Shown one piece after another: positions 39,657 through 48,393 of a stretch of DNA of 64,000 bases. The notes under the pieces are model-generated. The model was given only the letters and a program-made list of their open reading frames with translations, was not told the DNA's origin and searched no databases. Source of the stretch: Escherichia coli (GTDB taxonomy: Bacteria; Pseudomonadota; Gammaproteobacteria; Enterobacterales; Enterobacteriaceae); NCBI RefSeq assembly GCF_016903815.1, contig NZ_CP069973.1; one strand, 5' to 3'. How positions within the stretch are numbered: the first letter of the stretch is position 1; every line of letters starts with the position of its first letter. The translations under genes were made by a program, and so were the position numbers.

Positions 39657-40655
39657 TCACTCCTCAATAAGTTTATCTAAAGGAATATAATATAATTGAG
39701 CAAATCTTTTTTTATGATCCCCAAGAGCAAACATGATAACCAATGATTTTGATTTGCGATCAATAGCTAAACCTTCAGGTTCCCAATGTTTTTCTTTGCC
39801 ACTGTTAAGAGAATCTTTTTTCCCTACTGTTACATTATTAAACTTTCTTACAAGCTCTCCTTTTAACGTGTAAATATAGATTCTTTTGTTTTCTCTATTC
39901 CCTCCCCCACTCAACAAATATATATATTTATTATCAGCGGTAATGGCTTGCAATACATAATTATCATTGGTTAAACCTGCATCGATAAACCATTCTATAT
40001 TTTGTTCTGATGAAATATCACTCTCGATTCGAAAGTTAACTTCTTCACTATTATAGACTCTTAATAAGTCTCTACCATTCAACTTACTTCTTACTATTAA
40101 ATATTTAGCATCTAAGGTTAAAACAGGCATTGTACTAACACGAGTATTATATGGTCTATCGAATATTTTTATAATTTTCATCTCATAAGGAAAAGAAAAA
40201 TCATTGTATTTAAAATATGTAACAAACCATCCTTTGTTAGCAAAGGCATTTCCCGCAGACGTTATTACCCCCCCCTCAAAAGGATCAAACCCAATTCCTT
40301 GATGCCCAATAAATTCAGTGGGTTTTTGAAATGACAATGCTACAGCTTTTCTTTTTTTTGTTGTTAATGAGAATCTATTTATAACTCCTTTTTCGGGTTT
40401 CCCTGTGGTATGTAAAGTATAAATATCAGAACTAAATCTATCAATCACGACTCCTTGAACAATATTATTTTTACCCTCGCCATCCCTATATAATCTCACT
40501 TTTCTCGTAACAATATCATCATTTAAATGAGAAATAAAATTAGCCAAAGGTATATTTGTTGCAGATGATGAATTATGCAACAACATTAATATCAAAAAAA
40601 ATAAATTTATATACTTCAAACACATTGAAAATTTTTCATATGAACCGATTAGCAT
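39657..40655 (-). CDS. Secreted protein of unknown function (repetitive beta-strand pattern, possibly propeller-like)
   Basis: 332-aa ORF. The likely start is the ATG at 40625, giving signal peptide MCLKYINLFFLILMLLHNSSSA. Low GC. Separated from the upstream gene by 380 bp. Confidence 0.6.
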   Translation of the reverse strand: MLIGSYEKFSMCLKYINLFFLILMLLHNSSSATNIPLANFISHLNDDIVTRKVRLYRDGEGKNNIVQGVVIDRFSSDIYTLHTTGKPEKGVINRFSLTTKKRKAVALSFQKPTEFIGHQGIGFDPFEGGVITSAGNAFANKGWFVTYFKYNDFSFPYEMKIIKIFDRPYNTRVSTMPVLTLDAKYLIVRSKLNGRDLLRVYNSEEVNFRIESDISSEQNIEWFIDAGLTNDNYVLQAITADNKYIYLLSGGGNRENKRIYIYTLKGELVRKFNNVTVGKKDSLNSGKEKHWEPEGLAIDRKSKSLVIMFALGDHKKRFAQLYYIPLDKLIEE

Positions 40656-40969
40656 AATATTAGATTATACCAAATAAACGCACTAACCAAACTTGAATTT
40701 AAAAACACAGTTCACAACTTAAGAAGCACTATTTTAAACACATTGATAAAACAATGAAAATCCCGCAAACACTCTAATTATTAAAATACATAAAAATAAA
40801 AATCGTTATAAAAAAAGTTATAATCCATCAAAAACAAAAAAATGCACATAAAATATTTCTGTTTAAGAAGATGTTATAAATACAATATTTAATTCATCAA
40901 ATGTTTTTCTATTGGCAATTTACTAAACTGTATTTACAGTATAAAAAATACTAAATACATTTCCACATC

Positions 40970-40996
40970 AGAGGTGATCACAAAACAACCACCTCT
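40970..40996 (-). terminator. Hairpin downstream of the hydrolase-TPR gene
   Basis: AGAGGTG-N13-CACCTCT, 42 nt past the stop at 41038. No strong U-tract. Confidence 0.3.
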
Positions 40997-41037
40997 TGCA
41001 GTCATATTTTTTACATCTGCATGGTTTTTAATATTAA

Positions 41038-42204
41038 TTATGAAAAATAAGTTTCATACCTTTTTTTATATGTTTCACTTTCAGGGGATAGACTATATGC
41101 CATTTGGGCCATTTTTTTTGCATCTTCCAATAACCCTTTCCTTTCATATATTAGAGATAGATTATAATACGAGCCAGCAGATGAAGGCATTAAAGATATA
41201 TATTCATAGAAATGCTGTATTGCCTGATCATATTTTTTTGACATCCTTAATGACTTTGCCAAATTATATTTAGCTGTTGTAAAATGTGGCGAAATACCGG
41301 CAACAAAAGCAAACTGCTCTACAGCTAAAGTATAGTTCTTGAGCTCCATATTTACTAAAGCAGAAATAAATATAGCAGGTTCGAGTAAAGGTTCAGCCAA
41401 CAAAGCTTCCCTGATTAAAGATTGAGCAGTGGAAAAATCTTTGTTGACAAATGCCTGGTAAGACAGGAATATATTTTTTGATAAGATTTTATTATGGCAA
41501 AGATTATTAATCTCTTTAATTTCGGGAAGTGTGTTATTTTCCACAAAAAAGGTTATTATATTAGGCATTCCATATCTTTTATCTATAAACCGCCCCACAC
41601 CATGTGTTACTCCTCGAACGGAATACGCTTTAACATTTTTAAGATCTGAAATCCTACTCAATGAAAGTAAATCAGGAAAATCCATTTCCCCACTTAATGC
41701 TGTGATTCTACATTTAGAGTTTTTTATAATTGGGCGTAGATTCTTATATATAATTTTTGTCTTTTTAGGAATTCTTTTAGCACTACGGCTCAAGGGATAT
41801 TTTAGTACCGTGTCAAAGCTAAAGGCTAACACACGACAATCCAGAAGAGCGCCAAATAATGAAGCTGCATATCCTCCCATACTGACGCCTATTGTTATAA
41901 TCTCGTCACAACCTAGTTGTTCAGAAATATATTTTATTTTTTCTATTGTTTCTGATATTGAAGAACTAAACCCTGGAATACTATCTTGGTACCATTCATT
42001 TTTACCATTGTTAATTAACAAAATATTATATGGCAGTTCATCTGCTGATTTCCAAAAATCAAAGCGGCCATCTTTTTTATCTGTACCAGAAAAAAAGACG
42101 AGCAATTTATTAGACGTTTTTTTAATCAGTCTATGAGAAACCCCATGCTCATTTATATTTAATTGTAAATTCATATTTTTATTATCTAAAGTCATGATAT
42201 ACAT
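41038..42204 (-). CDS. Alpha/beta-hydrolase-fold domain fused to C-terminal TPR repeats (candidate capsule O-acyl transferase/esterase)
   Basis: 388 aa. Nucleophile elbow GVSMGG within ..DEIITIGVSMGGYAASLFG... The C-terminal ~140 aa have TPR-like A/Y/L periodicity (..YNLAKSLRMSKKYDQAIQHFYEYISLMPSSAGSYYNLSLIYERKG..). Confidence 0.6.
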   Translation of the reverse strand: MYIMTLDNKNMNLQLNINEHGVSHRLIKKTSNKLLVFFSGTDKKDGRFDFWKSADELPYNILLINNGKNEWYQDSIPGFSSSISETIEKIKYISEQLGCDEIITIGVSMGGYAASLFGALLDCRVLAFSFDTVLKYPLSRSAKRIPKKTKIIYKNLRPIIKNSKCRITALSGEMDFPDLLSLSRISDLKNVKAYSVRGVTHGVGRFIDKRYGMPNIITFFVENNTLPEIKEINNLCHNKILSKNIFLSYQAFVNKDFSTAQSLIREALLAEPLLEPAIFISALVNMELKNYTLAVEQFAFVAGISPHFTTAKYNLAKSLRMSKKYDQAIQHFYEYISLMPSSAGSYYNLSLIYERKGLLEDAKKMAQMAYSLSPESETYKKRYETYFS

Positions 42205-42232
42205 CCATTTTTTTAAAAATTGATAAGTAACT

Positions 42233-43423
42233 TTACACTTTTAACTTTCTAGAAAATAAATTTTTCGCTTTTCTGTAAAATGGTAGTTTTTTATTCTTAA
42301 TGGATTTTTCAAGTTTATTCAGCTTTGGCTTACATGTTCGAAGCTCTTGCACAGTCTCTCTAACATAGAGCTGCGTTTGTGTTAGTGGCGGAATTAACCC
42401 ATTATATAGTTTTTTTATATAGTTAATACATAGCTGTGAAGCATTTACCTCTTTATCTACGTAAAAAAGACTTTCACGAAGATTTGATGCTCTTAATACA
42501 ATATCTTGACAGTTATTGAGACAGTGAATTATGGATGGTTCAAAATCAGAAAGACTAGTGCAAACATAACCTATCTCGTCTCTATGTTTAAACTCTAAAG
42601 ATGTAAGATCAAATTTTTGAATACCTATTTTGTTTTTCAATCCAGCTTGATATAGAAGAATAGGTTTTTCTGCATACATACCGTCAAATATAGCCCCAGA
42701 AAAATCACTTATAATCAAATCTGCCGCACAAAGCAATTTTAATTGGTCCGCAGAACCATCGTAAACATGTTTTAAGTTTGCTTTATTTGCAGAATCTACC
42801 CATTCAGGTATTTTTGCATCATTATTGTGATGCATCTTTAATATAAGATTATATTTTGATTGTAACCGAGATATTGTATCCAGAAGTTCAAAATATGAAC
42901 CCAACTCCCCCCAAGTAGGCATGTAAAGCAATGTCTTTTTGGTTATATCTAATTTTAATTCTTTATAAAGCTCTTCTCTATTTGAGTACTTTTGTTTGTA
43001 CTCTAACCAATTATCAAACTTTGGATTTCCAACAGGATAGGATGGCGCATAGTGAGAAACAATATTAGATGAATAGTCACCATACATTAAATTCATGTCA
43101 GCAAGAGAACGCCATTCACCATAATTATGGCGCTCCTTTGCTAAACCATATTGTATTGAAACTAATTTACTATTTTTAATTTTCTCAATACCAGGAAAAG
43201 CCGACTGAAAAAGTAAGATATCATGAGTCCCATCAATAACGGGAACATCATGGGGCTCAATATACACTACATTCCATGATTTGTTATTAATTAACTTCTT
43301 GGGAAACAAGGCAAGGTTATTGTTTTTCCTAATAATAAAAATAGTTGGTTTTTCTAATTTTAATGCAATAGATTTGAATTGAATCAACTGGAATGGATTC
43401 CAGATTATAAATCCTACTTTCAT
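42233..43423 (-). CDS. CDP-glycerol glycerophosphotransferase (TagB/TagF family)
   Basis: 396 aa. KKTLLYMPTWGE and LLCAADLIISDFSGAIFDGMYAEKPILLY match the Glyphos_transf signatures. Confidence 0.75.
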   Translation of the reverse strand: MKVGFIIWNPFQLIQFKSIALKLEKPTIFIIRKNNNLALFPKKLINNKSWNVVYIEPHDVPVIDGTHDILLFQSAFPGIEKIKNSKLVSIQYGLAKERHNYGEWRSLADMNLMYGDYSSNIVSHYAPSYPVGNPKFDNWLEYKQKYSNREELYKELKLDITKKTLLYMPTWGELGSYFELLDTISRLQSKYNLILKMHHNNDAKIPEWVDSANKANLKHVYDGSADQLKLLCAADLIISDFSGAIFDGMYAEKPILLYQAGLKNKIGIQKFDLTSLEFKHRDEIGYVCTSLSDFEPSIIHCLNNCQDIVLRASNLRESLFYVDKEVNASQLCINYIKKLYNGLIPPLTQTQLYVRETVQELRTCKPKLNKLEKSIKNKKLPFYRKAKNLFSRKLKV

Positions 43424-43429
43424 ATTTAT

Positions 43430-44689
43430 TCACTTTGTAATTTGTTCAAAAATTATTCTTTCTTTATCCCATTCATGCAGGTGGGTTCCCACTTCATTCT
43501 CATCAACAAAATAATGAGTATGAAAATCTTTATTGTTATGGAAATGAGTAAAACCGAACAAACATTCTTTGGGTATTTTACCAACTATAGAGTAAACCCA
43601 ATAGGCAACTGCTAGTCCTGTACTTGGTAGACCATCTAGTTTTTTTATAAGTGATTTGTACACATGATTTGGTATAACCGTATATTCCATTTCCATTAAT
43701 TGTGGAGCAAGAAAATATTTGTTTGCATCTCTTCTTTTTATTGTGAAATTATTCGCCGCAAAAATAACAAGTCTATTGTTTTTGAGATTATTATTGCTTA
43801 CTTCTTTATTTGCCACTCTAACCCATATATCCTGCTTTGTACCATAATCATCCGGATAGTCCAGGGTATAATTGTTTATTCTAATCACTGTTTTTTTAGA
43901 ATCAATCAACGCTCCATGACCGGTATTTATTTCTGTTGGTGCATTCCCAACAATACAAAAACTACCAGCGGAATTTCTAATTGATTTTATAAACTCATTT
44001 CGTGATTTTAAGATGTGAGAATATTGTTCACTTCCTCTTTGTATATATGGATCATTAAAAATCTTATTCTTTTTAATCTTGTTAAAAACATAAGGACTGC
44101 TTGTATATTTCAACAGAAACTTTTTCCCTATTTGCTTAATAATTTCATTAGCTTTAGCATCCTTATCATTTTGATATAACATTATTGCCAAGCGTAATTT
44201 TTGACTTTTATTTAAATTTCTCAATGATACATCAGAGCAAAGTCGTGATATTATTCTTTTAAGCCTGTCTGATTTATAGCCATATTTTTGTGAAATAAAA
44301 TCAGAATACCTAAGATTAATAGTTATTTCTTTATTTCTGTAATGCGCTGAAATAAAATGTTTTTCTGTAATATCGCTATAGTTACGATATCTTAGTAACC
44401 AATCAGCAATTGAGTAATGAATGTAACGTGATTTTACTTTATTGAATAAGTAAAAAGGTACTATCCCTACATTATCATGCGTTTTTTTTATCTTTATAAA
44501 CAGCAAAGAATTAATAAAATGAAAAAAATGAACTTTACGTATAAACCAAGAACCTTGTAACTTCACCACATTATCTTCACCTATAAAAATGAGTAATCTC
44601 ATTATTAGCTTGTCATAAATACTATATCTAGAAAAATAAACATCTTGCGCTTTTTTTATGAGTATTTTCTTTATTGACATATTATGCAA
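43430..44689 (-). CDS. Two-domain protein with a C-terminal GT29 (eukaryote-type sialyltransferase)-like domain
   Basis: 419 aa. L-motif-like FCIVGNAPTEINTGHGALIDSKKTVIRINN...DYGTK, S-motif-like PSTGLAVAYWVYSIVGKIPKECLFGF, then HTHYF and HLHEWDKE (motif III/VS-like). Confidence 0.6.
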   Translation of the reverse strand: MHNMSIKKILIKKAQDVYFSRYSIYDKLIMRLLIFIGEDNVVKLQGSWFIRKVHFFHFINSLLFIKIKKTHDNVGIVPFYLFNKVKSRYIHYSIADWLLRYRNYSDITEKHFISAHYRNKEITINLRYSDFISQKYGYKSDRLKRIISRLCSDVSLRNLNKSQKLRLAIMLYQNDKDAKANEIIKQIGKKFLLKYTSSPYVFNKIKKNKIFNDPYIQRGSEQYSHILKSRNEFIKSIRNSAGSFCIVGNAPTEINTGHGALIDSKKTVIRINNYTLDYPDDYGTKQDIWVRVANKEVSNNNLKNNRLVIFAANNFTIKRRDANKYFLAPQLMEMEYTVIPNHVYKSLIKKLDGLPSTGLAVAYWVYSIVGKIPKECLFGFTHFHNNKDFHTHYFVDENEVGTHLHEWDKERIIFEQITK

Positions 44690-44782
44690 GTTTCTTTTGT
44701 TAGTTCGCTCTAAGCCTCAACAGACATAGGTGTTCATTCCCTTTTCAAGGGGATGAACACCTACCTGAACATAAACATTAAT

Positions 44783-45178
44783 TTAACTGTATTTTTTAAT
44801 CTCCGTAATAAGTTTTGTAGTAGAAATGCCTTCCGTCCTTGGTAAATAAATAACCTCGCATAACTTTTTAAACATATCAAACTTTCCTTCCCAATCATTA
44901 CCCATAATAAGAATGTTAGCTTTATATTTTTTTATATACTCACCTTTTAATTCAAGTGACTCCTCAAGAAATACGTCATCAACATATTGTAGAGAACGAA
45001 TAATTTCACATCGCTCATTTTCTGGGTAAACTGGGTATCTTTGCTTTTTAGAGAAACTTAATGCATCGGATGACACGCCAACAATTAATCGATCACCATA
45101 TTTCTTTGCTCTTTCTAAAATTTTAATGTGGCCAATATGTAAAACATCAAATGTTCCAAAGGTTATGACTGTACGCAT
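44783..45178 (-). CDS. Glycerol-3-phosphate cytidylyltransferase (TagD-like)
   Basis: From the ATG at 45178: MRTVITFGTFDVLHIGHIKILERAKKYGD...LPRTEGISTTKLI, near-collinear with TagD (the track ORF starts at a TTG at 45190). Confidence 0.9.
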   Translation of the reverse strand: MRTVITFGTFDVLHIGHIKILERAKKYGDRLIVGVSSDALSFSKKQRYPVYPENERCEIIRSLQYVDDVFLEESLELKGEYIKKYKANILIMGNDWEGKFDMFKKLCEVIYLPRTEGISTTKLITEIKKYS

Positions 45179-45347
45179 TGTATATTCCAATTTATATAAA
45201 GAGAGATTTTTTGATAACGGAAATCAAGATTTAGCAAAATAAATACCATCGCCATCAACCTCACCTCATAAAGTCAGTAAATACAAATGAGAACAAGGTG
45301 ATTTCGTGATAATAATTGCATGAATTACACAACTTGAATGAAGATAA

Positions 45348-46022
45348 TCAATATGTATTAATTGTTATGTTGTTTTTATACTCCTCTATCCCCTCCTGAA
45401 CATCCTCATGAAAACTAACCGCATTATCATCCATAAACACAATGGCCACATCGCAAAACTCTTTCAATGAATTCAAACTATGTGAAACCATTAAAAAACT
45501 AGATTCTTTATGCCTTTCTTTAAACAATTGAGCGCACTTTTCTTTAAACCTGGCATCACCGACCGCCGTTACTTCATCGACGATATAATAATCAAACTTA
45601 AATGCCATGCTTAAACCAAAGCCCAGGCGAGATCGCATACCTGATGAGTAAGTTTTAATCGGCATATCAAAGTACTTACCGAGTTCGGCAAATTCTTCGA
45701 CAAACTCAATTTTCTCTTTCAGTTCTTCTTGCTTCGCGTATAACCGCGCAACAAATTTTACGTTTTCGCGTCCGGTTAAACTTCCCTGAAATCCACCTGC
45801 GAGGCCGACTGGCCATGATATTGTTTTATTAGTGATGATCTTTCCACTGTCGGGGCGGTCAATGCCGCCAATCATTCTCAGTAACGTTGATTTACCCGCT
45901 CCGTTGCGACCAATAAAGGCAACACTTTTTCCTGAAGGGATTTCAATATTTAAATCCTTAAAGACATAGTGTCGACCCGTTGGCGTGCGATAGGACTTCG
46001 TCAAATTCTCAATCTTAATCAT
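45348..46022 (-). CDS. kpsT: Capsule ABC transporter ATPase KpsT
   Basis: 224 aa. Walker A GRNGAGKST, signature YSSGMRSRL, Walker B YYIVDE. Overlaps the kpsM stop. Confidence 0.93.
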   Translation of the reverse strand: MIKIENLTKSYRTPTGRHYVFKDLNIEIPSGKSVAFIGRNGAGKSTLLRMIGGIDRPDSGKIITNKTISWPVGLAGGFQGSLTGRENVKFVARLYAKQEELKEKIEFVEEFAELGKYFDMPIKTYSSGMRSRLGFGLSMAFKFDYYIVDEVTAVGDARFKEKCAQLFKERHKESSFLMVSHSLNSLKEFCDVAIVFMDDNAVSFHEDVQEGIEEYKNNITINTY

Positions 46023-46795
46023 GATGTCAGCATTGCCTCTTCACGCGTTCGGTATAACGCCAGACCGATGAACAGGGTGACCAGAGTGAACATTGCCAGG
46101 TAGTTCAGACTTACGCCTTCGCTGATATAGCCAGGCATAACAGCCTCGCGGCTTAGCTCCACCACATGTACTAATGGGTTCCAGAGTAGATATGACCAGT
46201 ATTGCTTTGGAATCGAGTGTAGAGGGAACATGATGCAGGAGATGAAATACAGCGGCTTAAGCAGTATCGGCAGAACCTTTTGCATTTCGGGGAAGGTTTT
46301 ACCAACGACCATGAATATTAAGCCGACGCCACATGAAAGAATGATCAGCAGGCTCCAGGTAGCCACAAGTTGTAAAAAATTTGTTATCTCGAAATATTCG
46401 CCTGCCATCCAGACAATGAGCATAAGCAGAATATAAACAGCAACGTAAATCAGTGTCTCAAGCAGTGCGCGTGCAATGATCGTATCGATGGGTTTTACTG
46501 GTCGATAATTAAACAACCCCTGATTCGCTTCAATAGCACCTACAGAACGATTGCTGATACTGCTAAAGATAAAAAAGGGAATCAGGCCATTAAGTAAAAA
46601 CACCGGGAATGAGATGTCTGGCATCGTGCGGTGCATAATGTAACCAAAAATGCCCAACAGTATCAGCAAATGCGCAGAGGGTTCGAGAATCGCCCACAAA
46701 TATCCCAGACGGAACTTACCAAAGCGTGTTCGTATTTCTCGTAGAAATAATGCCTCTACGGTGACTTTCTGGACTTCAAATCCACTTCTTGCCAT
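46019..46795 (-). CDS. kpsM: Capsule ABC-2 transporter permease KpsM
   Basis: 258 aa from the ATG at 46795 (MARSGFEVQKVTVEALFLREIRTRFGKF...). The track ORF extends upstream to 46936 with no support. Confidence 0.9.
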   Translation of the reverse strand: MARSGFEVQKVTVEALFLREIRTRFGKFRLGYLWAILEPSAHLLILLGIFGYIMHRTMPDISFPVFLLNGLIPFFIFSSISNRSVGAIEANQGLFNYRPVKPIDTIIARALLETLIYVAVYILLMLIVWMAGEYFEITNFLQLVATWSLLIILSCGVGLIFMVVGKTFPEMQKVLPILLKPLYFISCIMFPLHSIPKQYWSYLLWNPLVHVVELSREAVMPGYISEGVSLNYLAMFTLVTLFIGLALYRTREEAMLTS

Positions 46796-46827
46796 TTGAT
46801 GATGTGATCCTAATCTCTTCAGGTACG

Positions 46828-46835
46828 CTACCGCC
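46828..46835 (-). promoter_or_regulatory. ops element (GGCGGTAG) of the JUMPStart sequence, RfaH loading site
   Basis: The minus strand reads ..CCAGGGGCGGTAGCGTACC.. 33 nt upstream of the kpsM ATG. Confidence 0.85.
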
Positions 46836-47855
46836 CCTGGCTTAACAGCTACCAATACACTGGAGGTAATACTTGACTTGTTTGTAACTGGATAAAATTC
46901 ATTCGGACGGCTTGACCTTTTAATAGCCAAAAACAATTTCAGCAGAAATTATTTCCGCAGGGATAAATAGATCTATTTCCGTCTCGTTTCTTCTAATCCA
47001 TTCTTCAGGCATGAATGTATTCGGTCTTCTGGTAATTTCAGAAAACTGGCCGTTTTAGAATGCAGAGTTAATTTCTCAGGAAATTATTTTTTGTGATTAC
47101 TGTTAACTACTTGATTATAATATCCCCTATGGATTTTATGCGTAACAATACCTACAATCTGTTTCAAACCAGAACGCACGCGATTGATTACCAATAAATT
47201 GTTCACCGAGAAACTATTTCCCTATTTAAAATTCACTCGTGTACTTCTTATTTATATCTACAGCCCCCTCTTTACAGCCATATTTGTGATTCATATCACA
47301 TTTAAATGGTGTTATTTAAGTCGCATCAATAATCCCGAAGGTAATTATTTTCGTCGATTAAAATATACATCTTGATTATTTTGTGTGTTTATTTTAACCA
47401 GTGTTACAACCAACACCATCCCTCAGTAGATATACCTGAGCAGACATTTCTTAAAATCAACGAATAGTTTCACTGGAAATTATTATGCTTATTTGAAATT
47501 CCCTTTCTGATTATCTCCAGGAATTTTACTAATTTCCAAGCTACACAAAATACAGATCACACAAGAATTATCCTATATGTTTTGGCCTATCAATTGTTAC
47601 TCAATGATTTATTGCAACTATTAATAATCATAATGTGTCAAAACACTTAAGCAACTTTACAGTCTGAGAAAGGTGTCGATTAACGAAGGCTACATGGTGA
47701 AAAACAGGTTCCTTCAGTGTTACCGAATATTCCGTGGTGGTCTGGAGGGAGATAATTCTTGCTACATCGAAACTCAGCCCGGTAAGCGGGTTTGACAGTT
47801 CCGCACTCACCATTGGGCTAAGGGTTATCAGGTGGGGTTAAGGAAATGGCAATAC
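46836..47855 (-). promoter_or_regulatory. Long AT-rich untranslated leader and promoter region of kps region 3
   Basis: ~1 kb without a credible ORF between the gspM stop and the ops element. Promoter position not assigned. Confidence 0.45.
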
Positions 47856-48392
47856 CTACCCCCGTCCAAATTCCAGTCGCTGCACATTCACCATCCCAGG
47901 CTTCTCACCCGCACTGACATCAATTTGTGTCACCCGCAGCGCATATTTTTCATCCAGTGCGTTTAACCATTTCAGCAGGTCATTAAACACCACAGGTTCT
48001 ATCCAGACCTGAATATTCTCCCCACGCTCGGCTATTCGCTTGATGACCACAGAGTGCACGGAAGCACTATCGCTGATGACCCGCGATACCTGCGCAGGCG
48101 TTGTTGTGGCAGATTTTCGCGCTGCAATAATATCCGGCGCGGCGCTCTTCAGTCGCGCGTTCATCGCCACCAGCTGCTGCAACATCGTCTCCTGTTGCTC
48201 AATCCGTTCGCTCAACGGCTGCCAGATGAGAACGTAATATCCGGCGCTAAACAGGAACACTACCGCTGCCAGTAACATGCCTTTTTCACGCGGAGAACGC
48301 CCCGCCAGGTGTTGTGTCAGCCAGTGTTCGCCACGGCTTAACTGGCGTTCACGCCATTGCTGAAAATAGTGAATAAATTTATCGCGTAACAT
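47856..48392 (-). CDS. gspM: Type II secretion protein GspM (YghD)
   Basis: 178 aa, single N-terminal TM helix. Last gene of the gsp operon. Confidence 0.85.
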   Translation of the reverse strand: MLRDKFIHYFQQWRERQLSRGEHWLTQHLAGRSPREKGMLLAAVVFLFSAGYYVLIWQPLSERIEQQETMLQQLVAMNARLKSAAPDIIAARKSATTTPAQVSRVISDSASVHSVVIKRIAERGENIQVWIEPVVFNDLLKWLNALDEKYALRVTQIDVSAGEKPGMVNVQRLEFGRG

Positions 48393-48393
48393 G

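Noticed and set aside
46796-46936. An N-terminal extension of kpsM (305-aa track ORF)
   Set aside because: The extension would run through the ops/JUMPStart element. The KpsM family starts at MARSGFEVQK (ATG 46795).
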